Assembly (NCBI GenBank): GCA_910576795.1
Contig: CAJTIX010000003.1
Coordinates: forward strand, 31,026-95,025
Length of the DNA stretch: 64,000 nucleotides
Source: an uncultured Bacilli bacterium
GTDB taxonomy: Bacteria; Bacillota_I; Bacilli_A; RF39; UBA660
Reading direction: 5' to 3'
Positions 1 through 7,722 of the stretch are shown piece after piece. Numbering within the stretch: position 1 is the first letter of the stretch; each line of letters begins with the position of its first letter. The notes beneath the pieces were generated by a model, which did not search any database, was not told where the DNA came from, and was given only the letters and a program-made list of their open reading frames with translations. Position numbers and translations under genes: made by a program.

Positions 1-450
1 TGAAAATTTACCCAATACATAATCTTTTGTATCCATTTGTTTATTGTTAGAAATTCCAATTTTAATTCTTTTATATTGTTGTGTTTTTAAATGTAGTTCT
101 ATATTTTTAAGACCATTATGACCACCACTTCCACCTTGATAACGTAATCTGTAACTTCCAACTGGTAGATCTAGGTCATCACATATGATCCAAATATCTT
201 CTATTTTGATATCAAAAAAATCTACATATTTTTTGATTACTTCACCAGATAAATTGATAAAACGTTCTGGCTTTAATAACAATATTTTTTCATCATATTT
301 TCTAAGAATGGTATATCTTCCACCAAATTTTTCTGTATCAATCTCAACTTGATTTGCTTGCGCAATTCGGTCAATTGCCATAAAACCAACATTATGACGA
401 GTACCAATATACTCTTTTCCAACATTTCCCAAACCAACAATTAATTTCAT
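1..450 (-). CDS. pth: peptidyl-tRNA hydrolase, N-terminal part (3' end beyond window start)
   Basis: Minus-strand ORF running off the window edge. Its N-terminus, MKLIVGLGNVGKEYIGTRHNVGFMAIDRIA, matches the Pth signature. ATG at 450-448 follows a GAGGTG RBS and overlaps the rsmI stop. Confidence 0.75.
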   Translation of the reverse strand, partial: MKLIVGLGNVGKEYIGTRHNVGFMAIDRIAQANQVEIDTEKFGGRYTILRKYDEKILLLKPERFINLSGEVIKKYVDFFDIKIEDIWIICDDLDLPVGSYRLRYQGGSGGHNGLKNIELHLKTQQYKRIKIGISNNKQMDTKDYVLGKFS

Positions 451-1290
451 TTAATCACCTCTATGATATTCCTGATATACCTCATTTTTGTGGATACCTC
501 TTTCGTGAGCAACTTGCTTAATTGCGTCCTTTACAGACATTCCTTCTTTCAAAAATAAATTTATGTGTTCAATTATTGTCAAGTTGTCGTGTGTTTCGCC
601 TTGAAAATTACCTTCTACAATTATAACAATTTCTCCCTTTATGTCAACCACTTGTCCGGAAATATTTTCTAGTGTTTCCCTATATATTTCTTCATATTTC
701 TTACTTATTTCCCGGGAAATTGAAACACGTCTATTTCCCAAAATTTGAAACATATCTTGAAGTGTTTTAGAAAGCCTATGAGGTGCTTCATAAAAAATTA
801 ATGTAGCCGCGATTTTTTTCAAACTTTCCAATTCTTTTCTTCTCTTGCTATCCTTACTATTTAAAAAACCATAAAATAGAAACGGATTTGGAGCAATTCC
901 AGAAGTGATTAAAGCAGGAATCAGGGCGGTAGGTCCTGGTAATCCGACAACATTATATCCATTTTGAATGGCAATTCGTGCAAGTTCATATCCTGGGTCA
1001 CTGATGACAGGAGTTCCTCGATCACTTACAATCCCTACCATTTTTCCTTGTTCTAAATAAGAAAGCAGTTTTGTTTCATTTTTAGCTTCGTTATATTGAT
1101 GAGAAGAGATCAATTTTTTTTCAATCTGATAATGTTTTAATAAAATAGAAGTCACTCTTGTATCTTCAGAAAATATGACATCTACACTTTTTAAAATATT
1201 CAAAGCACGTAAAGTGATATCTTCCATATTACCAATTGGAGTTGGGATCAAATAAACAGTTGGAGTTCCATCATAGCTCTTTTGTGACAT
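451..1290 (-). CDS. rsmI: 16S rRNA (cytidine1402-2'-O)-methyltransferase RsmI (tetrapyrrole-methylase fold, YabC)
   Basis: 279-aa ORF with the TP-methylase fold motifs. Synteny holB-yaaT-yabB-yabC as in Bacillus. Confidence 0.85.
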   Translation of the reverse strand: MSQKSYDGTPTVYLIPTPIGNMEDITLRALNILKSVDVIFSEDTRVTSILLKHYQIEKKLISSHQYNEAKNETKLLSYLEQGKMVGIVSDRGTPVISDPGYELARIAIQNGYNVVGLPGPTALIPALITSGIAPNPFLFYGFLNSKDSKRRKELESLKKIAATLIFYEAPHRLSKTLQDMFQILGNRRVSISREISKKYEEIYRETLENISGQVVDIKGEIVIIVEGNFQGETHDNLTIIEHINLFLKEGMSVKDAIKQVAHERGIHKNEVYQEYHRGD

Positions 1291-2020
1291 CTATATCACC
1301 TCTCATAAAATATTTTTGCATTTCTTCTGTATATTCTCCATTTTCTTTATGTGTATATAATGGACTTAAAATCTTAAGTCCTCTTTTTCCATTTTTAGAT
1401 CCTTCAATTAATACGATATTAGCATCCCGATTCATTTTTGGATATACAAATTGGATTTTTTTAGGTTCAATATTATTTTCTTGCATGATATTCAAAATAT
1501 CCATCAATCGTTCTGGACGATGAACAAGTGCGAGAGTCCCATTGTTTTTGAGTAATTTTTTTGCTATTTTGATGACGTCTTCTAAAGTCAAACATACTTC
1601 ATGACGTGCAATCTTCTTCTCTTCCGTATCATTTAAATGTGATTCTTCTCCTACCTTAAAAAATGGTGGATTACAAGTAATTACATCATACTGATCAGAT
1701 TCACATATACAAGCATAATTTTTAATGTCATCATGAATGATTTGAATTTGTTGTTCTAACTGATTATATTGAATCGATTCCATTGCAAGTTGATAGGACT
1801 TTTTTTGTATTTCAACACCTGTAATATGTGCTTTTGTTTTGGTAGATAAAATAATAGGTATCACTGCATTTCCAGTTCCAATATCTAAAATTTTTTTGAC
1901 ATTAGGATTCAAAGTTACAAAATTTGGTAATAAAATGGAATCCAACGAAAAATGAAACATATCAGTATCTTGATATATTTTTAAATTTTCATATCCAAGT
2001 AAATAATTTAAAATCTTCAT
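1271..2020 (-). CDS. class I SAM-dependent N6-adenine methyltransferase, YabB/TrmN6-like (tRNA1-Val m6A37 MTase family)
   Basis: Motifs DIGTGNAVIPIILS (SAM binding) and NPPFF (N6-MTase catalytic). Position equivalent to B. subtilis yabB. Confidence 0.65.
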   Translation of the reverse strand: MKILNYLLGYENLKIYQDTDMFHFSLDSILLPNFVTLNPNVKKILDIGTGNAVIPIILSTKTKAHITGVEIQKKSYQLAMESIQYNQLEQQIQIIHDDIKNYACICESDQYDVITCNPPFFKVGEESHLNDTEEKKIARHEVCLTLEDVIKIAKKLLKNNGTLALVHRPERLMDILNIMQENNIEPKKIQFVYPKMNRDANIVLIEGSKNGKRGLKILSPLYTHKENGEYTEEMQKYFMRGDIDVTKEL

Positions 2021-2805
2021 TTTTGAACCTCAACGGGACCAACATTTGGCACATCTACTGTATATGTTTGACTTAGAATATCTACATTGGTTACTTTACC
2101 CTTACCCTCTTTGATTTCTACTGTCGCACCAACATTTGGAAGCTCTTTTTTATATTCCTTGTAGACATCGTCTTCATATTTTAAACAGCACAATAATCTT
2201 CCACATACACCATTAATTTTAGTTGGATTCAATGATAGATTTTGATTTTTTGCCATAGAAATAGAAACAGATGTAAATTCATTTAAAAACCTAGAACAAC
2301 ATAATTTTTGTCCGCATACACCAAATCCACATACTTTTTTTGCTTTATCACGTACACCAATTTGTCTTAATTCAATCCTCGTTTTATATATACTTGCAAG
2401 TTCTCTGGCCAAATCACGAAAATCCACACGATTATCAGCGGTAAAATGGAATAACAATTGACTTTGATCAAATGTATAGAATGCATCTATTACATTCATA
2501 TCCAATCCTTTTTTTCGAACAATTTCCTTACATTTTCTATATGCTTCAGCTGCTTTCTTTTTATTATTTTTATAATTTATGTAATCTTTCTTACTTGCAA
2601 TTCGAATAATTTTTTTGAGTGGCTCTTTTAATTTGGAAGCATCAACAGGGTGTGAATCTGTTACAATTTTACCAAATTCTAGACCTTTGTCAGTATCAAC
2701 AATAACTGTAATATTTTTTTTCACATTCATTTGATTGGTATCAAAATATTTCATTTTTTCTTCCGAGTCAATCATAACCCCTACAATTTCTTTCATAGCA
2801 TACAC
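2017..2805 (-). CDS. ricT: PSP1-domain protein RicT/YaaT (stage 0 sporulation / RNase Y regulatory complex)
   Basis: 262-aa ORF with a Cys-rich C-terminal PSP1-like region (CGFGVCGQKLCCSRF, CGRLLCCLKYE). Immediately downstream of holB as in Bacillus. Confidence 0.7.
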   Translation of the reverse strand: MYAMKEIVGVMIDSEEKMKYFDTNQMNVKKNITVIVDTDKGLEFGKIVTDSHPVDASKLKEPLKKIIRIASKKDYINYKNNKKKAAEAYRKCKEIVRKKGLDMNVIDAFYTFDQSQLLFHFTADNRVDFRDLARELASIYKTRIELRQIGVRDKAKKVCGFGVCGQKLCCSRFLNEFTSVSISMAKNQNLSLNPTKINGVCGRLLCCLKYEDDVYKEYKKELPNVGATVEIKEGKGKVTNVDILSQTYTVDVPNVGPVEVQK

Positions 2806-3746
2806 CCCATTTCTAATATCAGTTCATCCATCAATAAACTTTGATTTACATTTAATGGAATTCTTCCTTTTAGTTGATTGAGTATTTTAATTTTTTTGGT
2901 AATTTGTGGAATGGTATTTTTTTCGCCAATTGTTTGAATGATTTGGCTATAATCATCGTAATATTCGATTTCTCGATTGAGTTTTACATTTAAAATATCT
3001 TTATAAAAAAGTAACATCAATTCAAACGATATGAATGTTTGATCACGATCCTCTATTACACTATGCCACAAATTTTGTGTATTCAATAATGTAGCTTGTC
3101 CCTTGGATTCATAATATTCGATAAAATGAACAACAGCAGATACCATTTTTTCAAGTAATGACTTGTCCATTGTAGCTGGAAAATAAATGGAGTCCATTAT
3201 TTTTTCCAACATAGTATGATTGGTTTCATCATTTTTTTGAAAAGATATAATTTGACATCTAGATACGATGGTATCTAATAATTGATAGATATTATCTGTA
3301 ATTAAAATCGCAATAATATTGGGTTCTGGTTCTTCTAAAAATTTTAAGATAGAATTGGCAGCAGATGGATTCATTTTTTCAGCATTGTGTATAATGTATA
3401 TACGATATTTACTTTGTATAGCTGTCTGCATCAATTCAGTTTGTAGTTGATCCAATTGTTCTTTTTTAATCCATAAGCCATCTGGTTCAATGATTTTAAT
3501 TTCTGAAAATGCATTTTGATCAATTAATTTACATTGTGTACAATTGACACACTTATCTGTATTGGTATAATGATTGGGACAAGAAAGATATTTTGCGAAC
3601 GCAAGAGCAACTGCATTCACATCTCTATATCCATTGGATTCAAATAGATAAGCATGAGAATAGCGATTTTTTTCTACAGCATTTTTTAATATTGTTGTAA
3701 CTATTTTTTGATCTAATACAAATTCATCTAACATATTCCACCTCAA
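2793..3746 (-). CDS. holB: DNA polymerase III delta' subunit
   Basis: 317 aa. AAA+ clamp-loader-like N-terminus (YSHAYLFESNG) with Zn-module cysteines. Synteny with dnaX, recR and yaaT. Confidence 0.8.
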   Translation of the reverse strand: MRWNMLDEFVLDQKIVTTILKNAVEKNRYSHAYLFESNGYRDVNAVALAFAKYLSCPNHYTNTDKCVNCTQCKLIDQNAFSEIKIIEPDGLWIKKEQLDQLQTELMQTAIQSKYRIYIIHNAEKMNPSAANSILKFLEEPEPNIIAILITDNIYQLLDTIVSRCQIISFQKNDETNHTMLEKIMDSIYFPATMDKSLLEKMVSAVVHFIEYYESKGQATLLNTQNLWHSVIEDRDQTFISFELMLLFYKDILNVKLNREIEYYDDYSQIIQTIGEKNTIPQITKKIKILNQLKGRIPLNVNQSLLMDELILEMGCML

Positions 3747-3931
3747 AACAAAATAATGTGTATTAATATAAATGCAAATAAAGCTGGAAATCCTAAAATA
3801 GTAAGACTGGATACAGTTATCAAATTAATTGGCACCATAATATGAAGTGGTGCAGTAATGATATTATATCCATATAAAAGAAATCCACTGATTACAATTT
3901 TTTTCACTAAATTAAAAATTTTCTTTAACAT
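3743..3931 (-). CDS. bofA: BofA-like small membrane protein (sigma-K processing inhibitor family)
   Basis: 62 aa with two TM segments. The segment HIMVPINLITVSSLTILGFPALFAFIL resembles the BofA core (VPINLVT...GILGIPG). Position after recR as in B. subtilis (recR-yaaL-bofA). Confidence 0.5.
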   Translation of the reverse strand: MLKKIFNLVKKIVISGFLLYGYNIITAPLHIMVPINLITVSSLTILGFPALFAFILIHIILF

Positions 3932-3972
3932 ATATTGATCACCTAATTCAATATATGGACAAGACTTCTTTT

Positions 3973-4572
3973 TTATGAAACATCTTGTCGATTTTCTAAG
4001 GCAAGTTCTAATGTGAGAAAGTCAATATACTCCATATCTACACCAAGCGGTACTCCATGAGCAATTCTGGTCACTTTTACAGGTAATCCTTTTAGAATTT
4101 TTGAAATATAAAGTGCGGTAGTCTCTCCTTCAATACTTGGTTTTACAGCAATAATGACTTCTTCTATTTTTTCTGATTCAATACGAGATAGTAACTCATT
4201 TATTTTAATGTCTTCTGGATTGATCCCATCCAATGGAGAAATCAAACCATCTAATACATAATATAATCCCTTATATGTTCCTACTTTTTCAAAGATCACA
4301 ACATTTTTAGGATCTTCTACAACACAAATTGTCTTTGTATCTCTATTTTTCTGTTTACATATTTCACATAATGTTTCTTCTGATAGATTGTTACACTTTT
4401 CACATTTTCTTATTTTTGTTTTTACATCTGAAATTGATGTCGAAAATAAGTCAATGATTTCTTGATCTAAATGCAAAGTAGCAAGTGCTAGACGTTCTGC
4501 AGTTTTTTCTCCTATACCAGGAAGCTTTTTATAACATTCAATTAAATTGCGAATAGATACTGGATAATTCAT
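3973..4572 (-). CDS. recR: recombination protein RecR
   Basis: 199 aa with an HhH N-terminus (LPGIGEKTAERLA), a C4 zinc finger (CEKC...CEIC) and a Toprim domain. Confidence 0.9.
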   Translation of the reverse strand: MNYPVSIRNLIECYKKLPGIGEKTAERLALATLHLDQEIIDLFSTSISDVKTKIRKCEKCNNLSEETLCEICKQKNRDTKTICVVEDPKNVVIFEKVGTYKGLYYVLDGLISPLDGINPEDIKINELLSRIESEKIEEVIIAVKPSIEGETTALYISKILKGLPVKVTRIAHGVPLGVDMEYIDFLTLELALENRQDVS

Positions 4573-4865
4573 TAAAATAAACCTGGCATTCCTTGTGTGT
4601 ATTTACCCAATTTATCTTCTACTTCTTGATCGATCTTCTTCATTGCATCGTTAATGGCAACTACAATCATATCTTCTAACATTTCTTTATCTTCCATATC
4701 TACTGTTTCTGTAATATTTACACTAATTAATTCTTTTGTACCTTTCATTTGAACAGAAACAATGGAAGAACTACCTTCGAAAATAGTTTCATCTATTTTT
4801 CCTTTTGCATCCATCATGTCTTTTTGTAATTTTTGTGCTTGTTTCATCATTGCTTGTATATTCAT
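4572..4865 (-). CDS. ybaB: nucleoid-associated protein YbaB/EbfC
   Basis: 97 aa acidic protein ending GMPGLF. Lies between dnaX and recR as universally conserved. Confidence 0.85.
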   Translation of the reverse strand: MNIQAMMKQAQKLQKDMMDAKGKIDETIFEGSSSIVSVQMKGTKELISVNITETVDMEDKEMLEDMIVVAINDAMKKIDQEVEDKLGKYTQGMPGLF

Positions 4866-4880
4866 ATTTTTTCCTCTTTT

Positions 4881-6530
4881 CTATTTTTCATATTCTATGA
4901 TATCTTCAAATATATTTTCTATTTCTGTCATTGATTCTTTTTGTTCTAATTGGTTTATAAGATCAACTGGTTCTTCTATATATTGATATTGTTTTGTTTT
5001 ACTATTAAATTCTTTTTTGATGACATCCCAATCTTCTTGATTGGTTGCAACCGCATATAATTTTTCATGATACATTTTTTCAAAAAAAGAATCGATTTGA
5101 AATAATTTTTCATTAAATAAATTAGACAGTCTACTATTTTCATAAACAAATATAAAATGGTCATGGCTAGCAGCTTTTAAAGTACCATCTAAGATGAAAG
5201 AAACCATTTTCCCATATTCGGGATTAGTTACTTCCAATTCTAACTGTTCTAATTTTTCTTTCCAATTTAGCATTTCCTTTTTGTTAAATTGACACAAAGT
5301 ATTATTGATCCTAATTTGTTTTAATTTTTCTATATTGTTATTTTTTTCAGGATTTTCACGGATTGACTTTTTTGAAATAATTGGTTCTTCTATTTTTGAC
5401 ACCTCTATTTCTTTCTTACTTATAGGCTCACTTATAGGAGATTCCACTTTTGTCTGATTTTCTTGTAAATGCATAATTTCAATCAATGCGGTTTCAAATA
5501 ATATTTTTGGATGATTGGACAATTTCATATCGTAAATAGTTTGATTAAACGTTTGGATTAATTCCAAAATTCTTTCTTTTGTAAGAGATTCAATATCATA
5601 TAACTCTGGATTACTAACAGTTTCTTTTAGGTAAGAAGGAACTGTATGTGCGAGTAAACAATTTCTTAAAAATAATATTATTTCTTCTGACAACTTTACA
5701 AAATTTTTTCCGTTTTGATCGTATGTATCAATCAAATGAAATAAATTTTCAATATCATTATTAGATAAAAAGGTGACAAAATCTTTTAATTGTACAGGTG
5801 TTAAGGTACCATTAATTTCATGTACATGTTCGATTGTAATACAATCTTCTGCATACGCAATTACTTGATCCATTAAACTAAGTGCATCTCTTAAACCACC
5901 ATCGGCTAGACGAGCAATTTCTATTAAACTATCATCATTTATGTTTATATTTTCCAATTTAGCAATTTCTTTTAAGCGATTATAGATATCTGTTTCATGT
6001 ATCTTTTTGAAATCAAATCTTTGACATCTAGAAAGAATTGTAGCTGGTATTTTATGTGGTTCTGTAGTTGCGAGTATAAATATAATATGTTCAGGGGGCT
6101 CTTCTAATGTTTTCAGAAGGGCATTAAAAGCACCAGTTGTTAACATATGTACCTCATCAATAATATAAACTTTATATTTACCAATAGAAGGAACTAGATT
6201 TACTTTGCTTTTTAACTCTCTAATTTCATCTACTCCATTGTTAGAAGCAGCATCTATTTCTATAATATCTACCGATTGTTTATTGTTTATTTGTGTACAA
6301 TTAACACATATATTACAAGGTTTTAAATCTTTAAGAGATTCACAATTAATCGTTTTAGCCAATATTTTAGCAACACTTGTTTTTCCAGTTCCTCTTGGTC
6401 CTGTAAATAAATAAGCATGACTTAACGTATTATTTTCTATTGCATTTTTAAGTGTTCTTATAATTATTTTTTGACCAACTACCTCATCAAAATAGGAAGG
6501 TCTATATTTTCTATATAAAGTTTGATACAT
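4881..6530 (-). CDS. dnaX: DNA polymerase III subunits gamma/tau
   Basis: 549 aa. Walker A GPRGTGKTS, zinc module CNICVNC and SRC motif (ILSRCQRF). Confidence 0.9.
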   Translation of the reverse strand: MYQTLYRKYRPSYFDEVVGQKIIIRTLKNAIENNTLSHAYLFTGPRGTGKTSVAKILAKTINCESLKDLKPCNICVNCTQINNKQSVDIIEIDAASNNGVDEIRELKSKVNLVPSIGKYKVYIIDEVHMLTTGAFNALLKTLEEPPEHIIFILATTEPHKIPATILSRCQRFDFKKIHETDIYNRLKEIAKLENININDDSLIEIARLADGGLRDALSLMDQVIAYAEDCITIEHVHEINGTLTPVQLKDFVTFLSNNDIENLFHLIDTYDQNGKNFVKLSEEIILFLRNCLLAHTVPSYLKETVSNPELYDIESLTKERILELIQTFNQTIYDMKLSNHPKILFETALIEIMHLQENQTKVESPISEPISKKEIEVSKIEEPIISKKSIRENPEKNNNIEKLKQIRINNTLCQFNKKEMLNWKEKLEQLELEVTNPEYGKMVSFILDGTLKAASHDHFIFVYENSRLSNLFNEKLFQIDSFFEKMYHEKLYAVATNQEDWDVIKKEFNSKTKQYQYIEEPVDLINQLEQKESMTEIENIFEDIIEYEK

Positions 6531-6606
6531 TCTGTCACCTCATTTTCTACTATTATATCATTTTTTCGGTCATTCTTATAACATTATTCTATACTACTGT
6601 TATTAA

Positions 6607-6622
6607 TGTTCCACGTGGAACA
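6607..6622. promoter_or_regulatory. parS: parS centromere-like site (TGTTCCACGTGGAACA)
   Basis: Perfect 16-bp palindrome. It differs from the Firmicute parS consensus TGTTNCACGTGAAACA only at the symmetric degenerate and partner positions. Confidence 0.75.
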
Positions 6623-6793
6623 TTGTATTAAATATTTATAAGATCAGCATATATTGAATTACAAGAATTGCTGCAAGCATATTTCTACTTTAAAGTGAAG
6701 GTATCAATGAAATCAAATTATAGGATAAATACAAATATATTTATGATTATAATCTAGCATAATATTTTTTTATTATATAAAGCAGTATTATAA

Positions 6794-6809
6794 TGTTTCA
6801 CGTGAAACA
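6794..6809. promoter_or_regulatory. parS: parS centromere-like site (TGTTTCACGTGAAACA)
   Basis: Exact match to the ParB/Spo0J parS consensus. Perfect palindrome located just upstream of the tadA stop in intergenic DNA. Confidence 0.8.
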
Positions 6810-6822
6810 TAAAAAAAAGAAA

Positions 6823-7263
6823 TTATTTTCTCTTATTTTTAAAAAATTGTTGTAATATTTTTTTTACTTTTTCAGAATATATGTCATTTGTATATTCCAC
6901 TTCTATTTTATTTTTGGTTTGAATATCATAGTTACTTTTCATATATCCGTAATTTGGATTAGAACAAGCATATATTATTTTTTTTATTCTAGATTGTATA
7001 ATAGCACCAGTACACATCATACAAGGTTCTAATGTAACATATAATGTACATTCTTCTAAGCGCCATGTTTTTAACTTTTTACATGCTTTTTGAATAGCAA
7101 GTATTTCTGCATGTTCAATAACATTATTATGTTTTTCTTTCTTATTATATGCTTTTGCAATTATTTTATCATTTTTTACGATCACTGCACCGACAGGTAC
7201 ATCATCTTTTTTATATGCTTTTTTTGCTTCATTAATCGCTACTTTCATCCACTCTTTTTTCAA
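6823..7263 (-). CDS. tadA: tRNA-specific adenosine deaminase
   Basis: CMP/dCMP deaminase zinc motifs HAE...PCMMC. Adjacent to ffs and dnaX as in Bacillus. Uses a TTG start at 7263 or an ATG at 7248. Confidence 0.85.
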   Translation of the reverse strand: MKKEWMKVAINEAKKAYKKDDVPVGAVIVKNDKIIAKAYNKKEKHNNVIEHAEILAIQKACKKLKTWRLEECTLYVTLEPCMMCTGAIIQSRIKKIIYACSNPNYGYMKSNYDIQTKNKIEVEYTNDIYSEKVKKILQQFFKNKRK

Positions 7264-7279
7264 TTTCTATCACCTAACT

Positions 7280-7362
7280 AAAAAAGCACACACATTTAGT
7301 GATCCTTAAGGCTGCTATTTTCCAATCCTGACCTGGTTCAAATATAAATGTTGTGCAATAAC
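7280..7362 (-). ncRNA. ffs: signal recognition particle RNA, small (4.5S) type
   Basis: Minus strand reads ...GCACAACAUUUAUAUUUGAACCAGGUCAGGAUUGGAAAAUAGCAGCCUUAAGGAUCACUAAAUGUGUGUGCUUUUUU. It carries the conserved SRP domain IV motif ACCAGGUCAGG...GGAA..AGCAGCC. A closing helix pairs GCACAACAUUUA with UAAAUGUGUGUGC (one bulge). A U-run follows, and a TTGATA / TATATA-like promoter lies upstream. Confidence 0.65.
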
Positions 7363-7400
7363 AATATATATTATTTTTAATAAAATATCAACTATTTAGA

Positions 7401-7416
7401 TGTTTCACGTGAAACA
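7401..7416. promoter_or_regulatory. parS: parS centromere-like site (TGTTTCACGTGAAACA)
   Basis: Exact consensus parS palindrome, placed immediately upstream of the putative ffs promoter. Confidence 0.8.
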
Positions 7417-7449
7417 TTACATTTTTAATAATTAGAATGTGATAAATAA

Positions 7450-7465
7450 TGTTCCACGTGGAACA
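7450..7465. promoter_or_regulatory. parS: parS centromere-like site (TGTTCCACGTGGAACA)
   Basis: Perfect palindrome variant, 34 bp from the previous site. Confidence 0.75.
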
Positions 7466-7692
7466 TTGCTCTATATTAATTATGAATTACAATATATTGA
7501 ATTAACACATTATATTAGACAAAATTATTGAAATAAAAGATTAGCAAAATTATTACATGACGAATTTTGTAAATTTTTAAGTAAGAATATATATATAAAA
7601 TTTATATTTTCCAATAAATATATAAGTTTGTAAATCAATTAACACAACACATCAAACTATTATTGATATAATCATAAATATTCAATCTTTTA

Positions 7693-7708
7693 TGTTTCAC
7701 GTGGAACA
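7693..7708. promoter_or_regulatory. parS: parS centromere-like site (TGTTTCACGTGGAACA)
   Basis: Hybrid of the two half-site variants. Sits 15 bp downstream of the gyrA stop. Confidence 0.7.
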
Positions 7709-7722
7709 TAAAAGAAGAACAA

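Noticed and set aside
6607-7708. CACGTG-centred 18-20 bp palindromes first read as a novel REP-like repeat family or as a LexA/Cheo-box or E-box-like operator
   Set aside because: They match the 16-bp ParB/Spo0J parS consensus TGTTNCACGTGAAACA exactly. A LexA Cheo box is GAAC-N4-GTTC, the opposite half-site orientation. They are therefore reported as parS sites.
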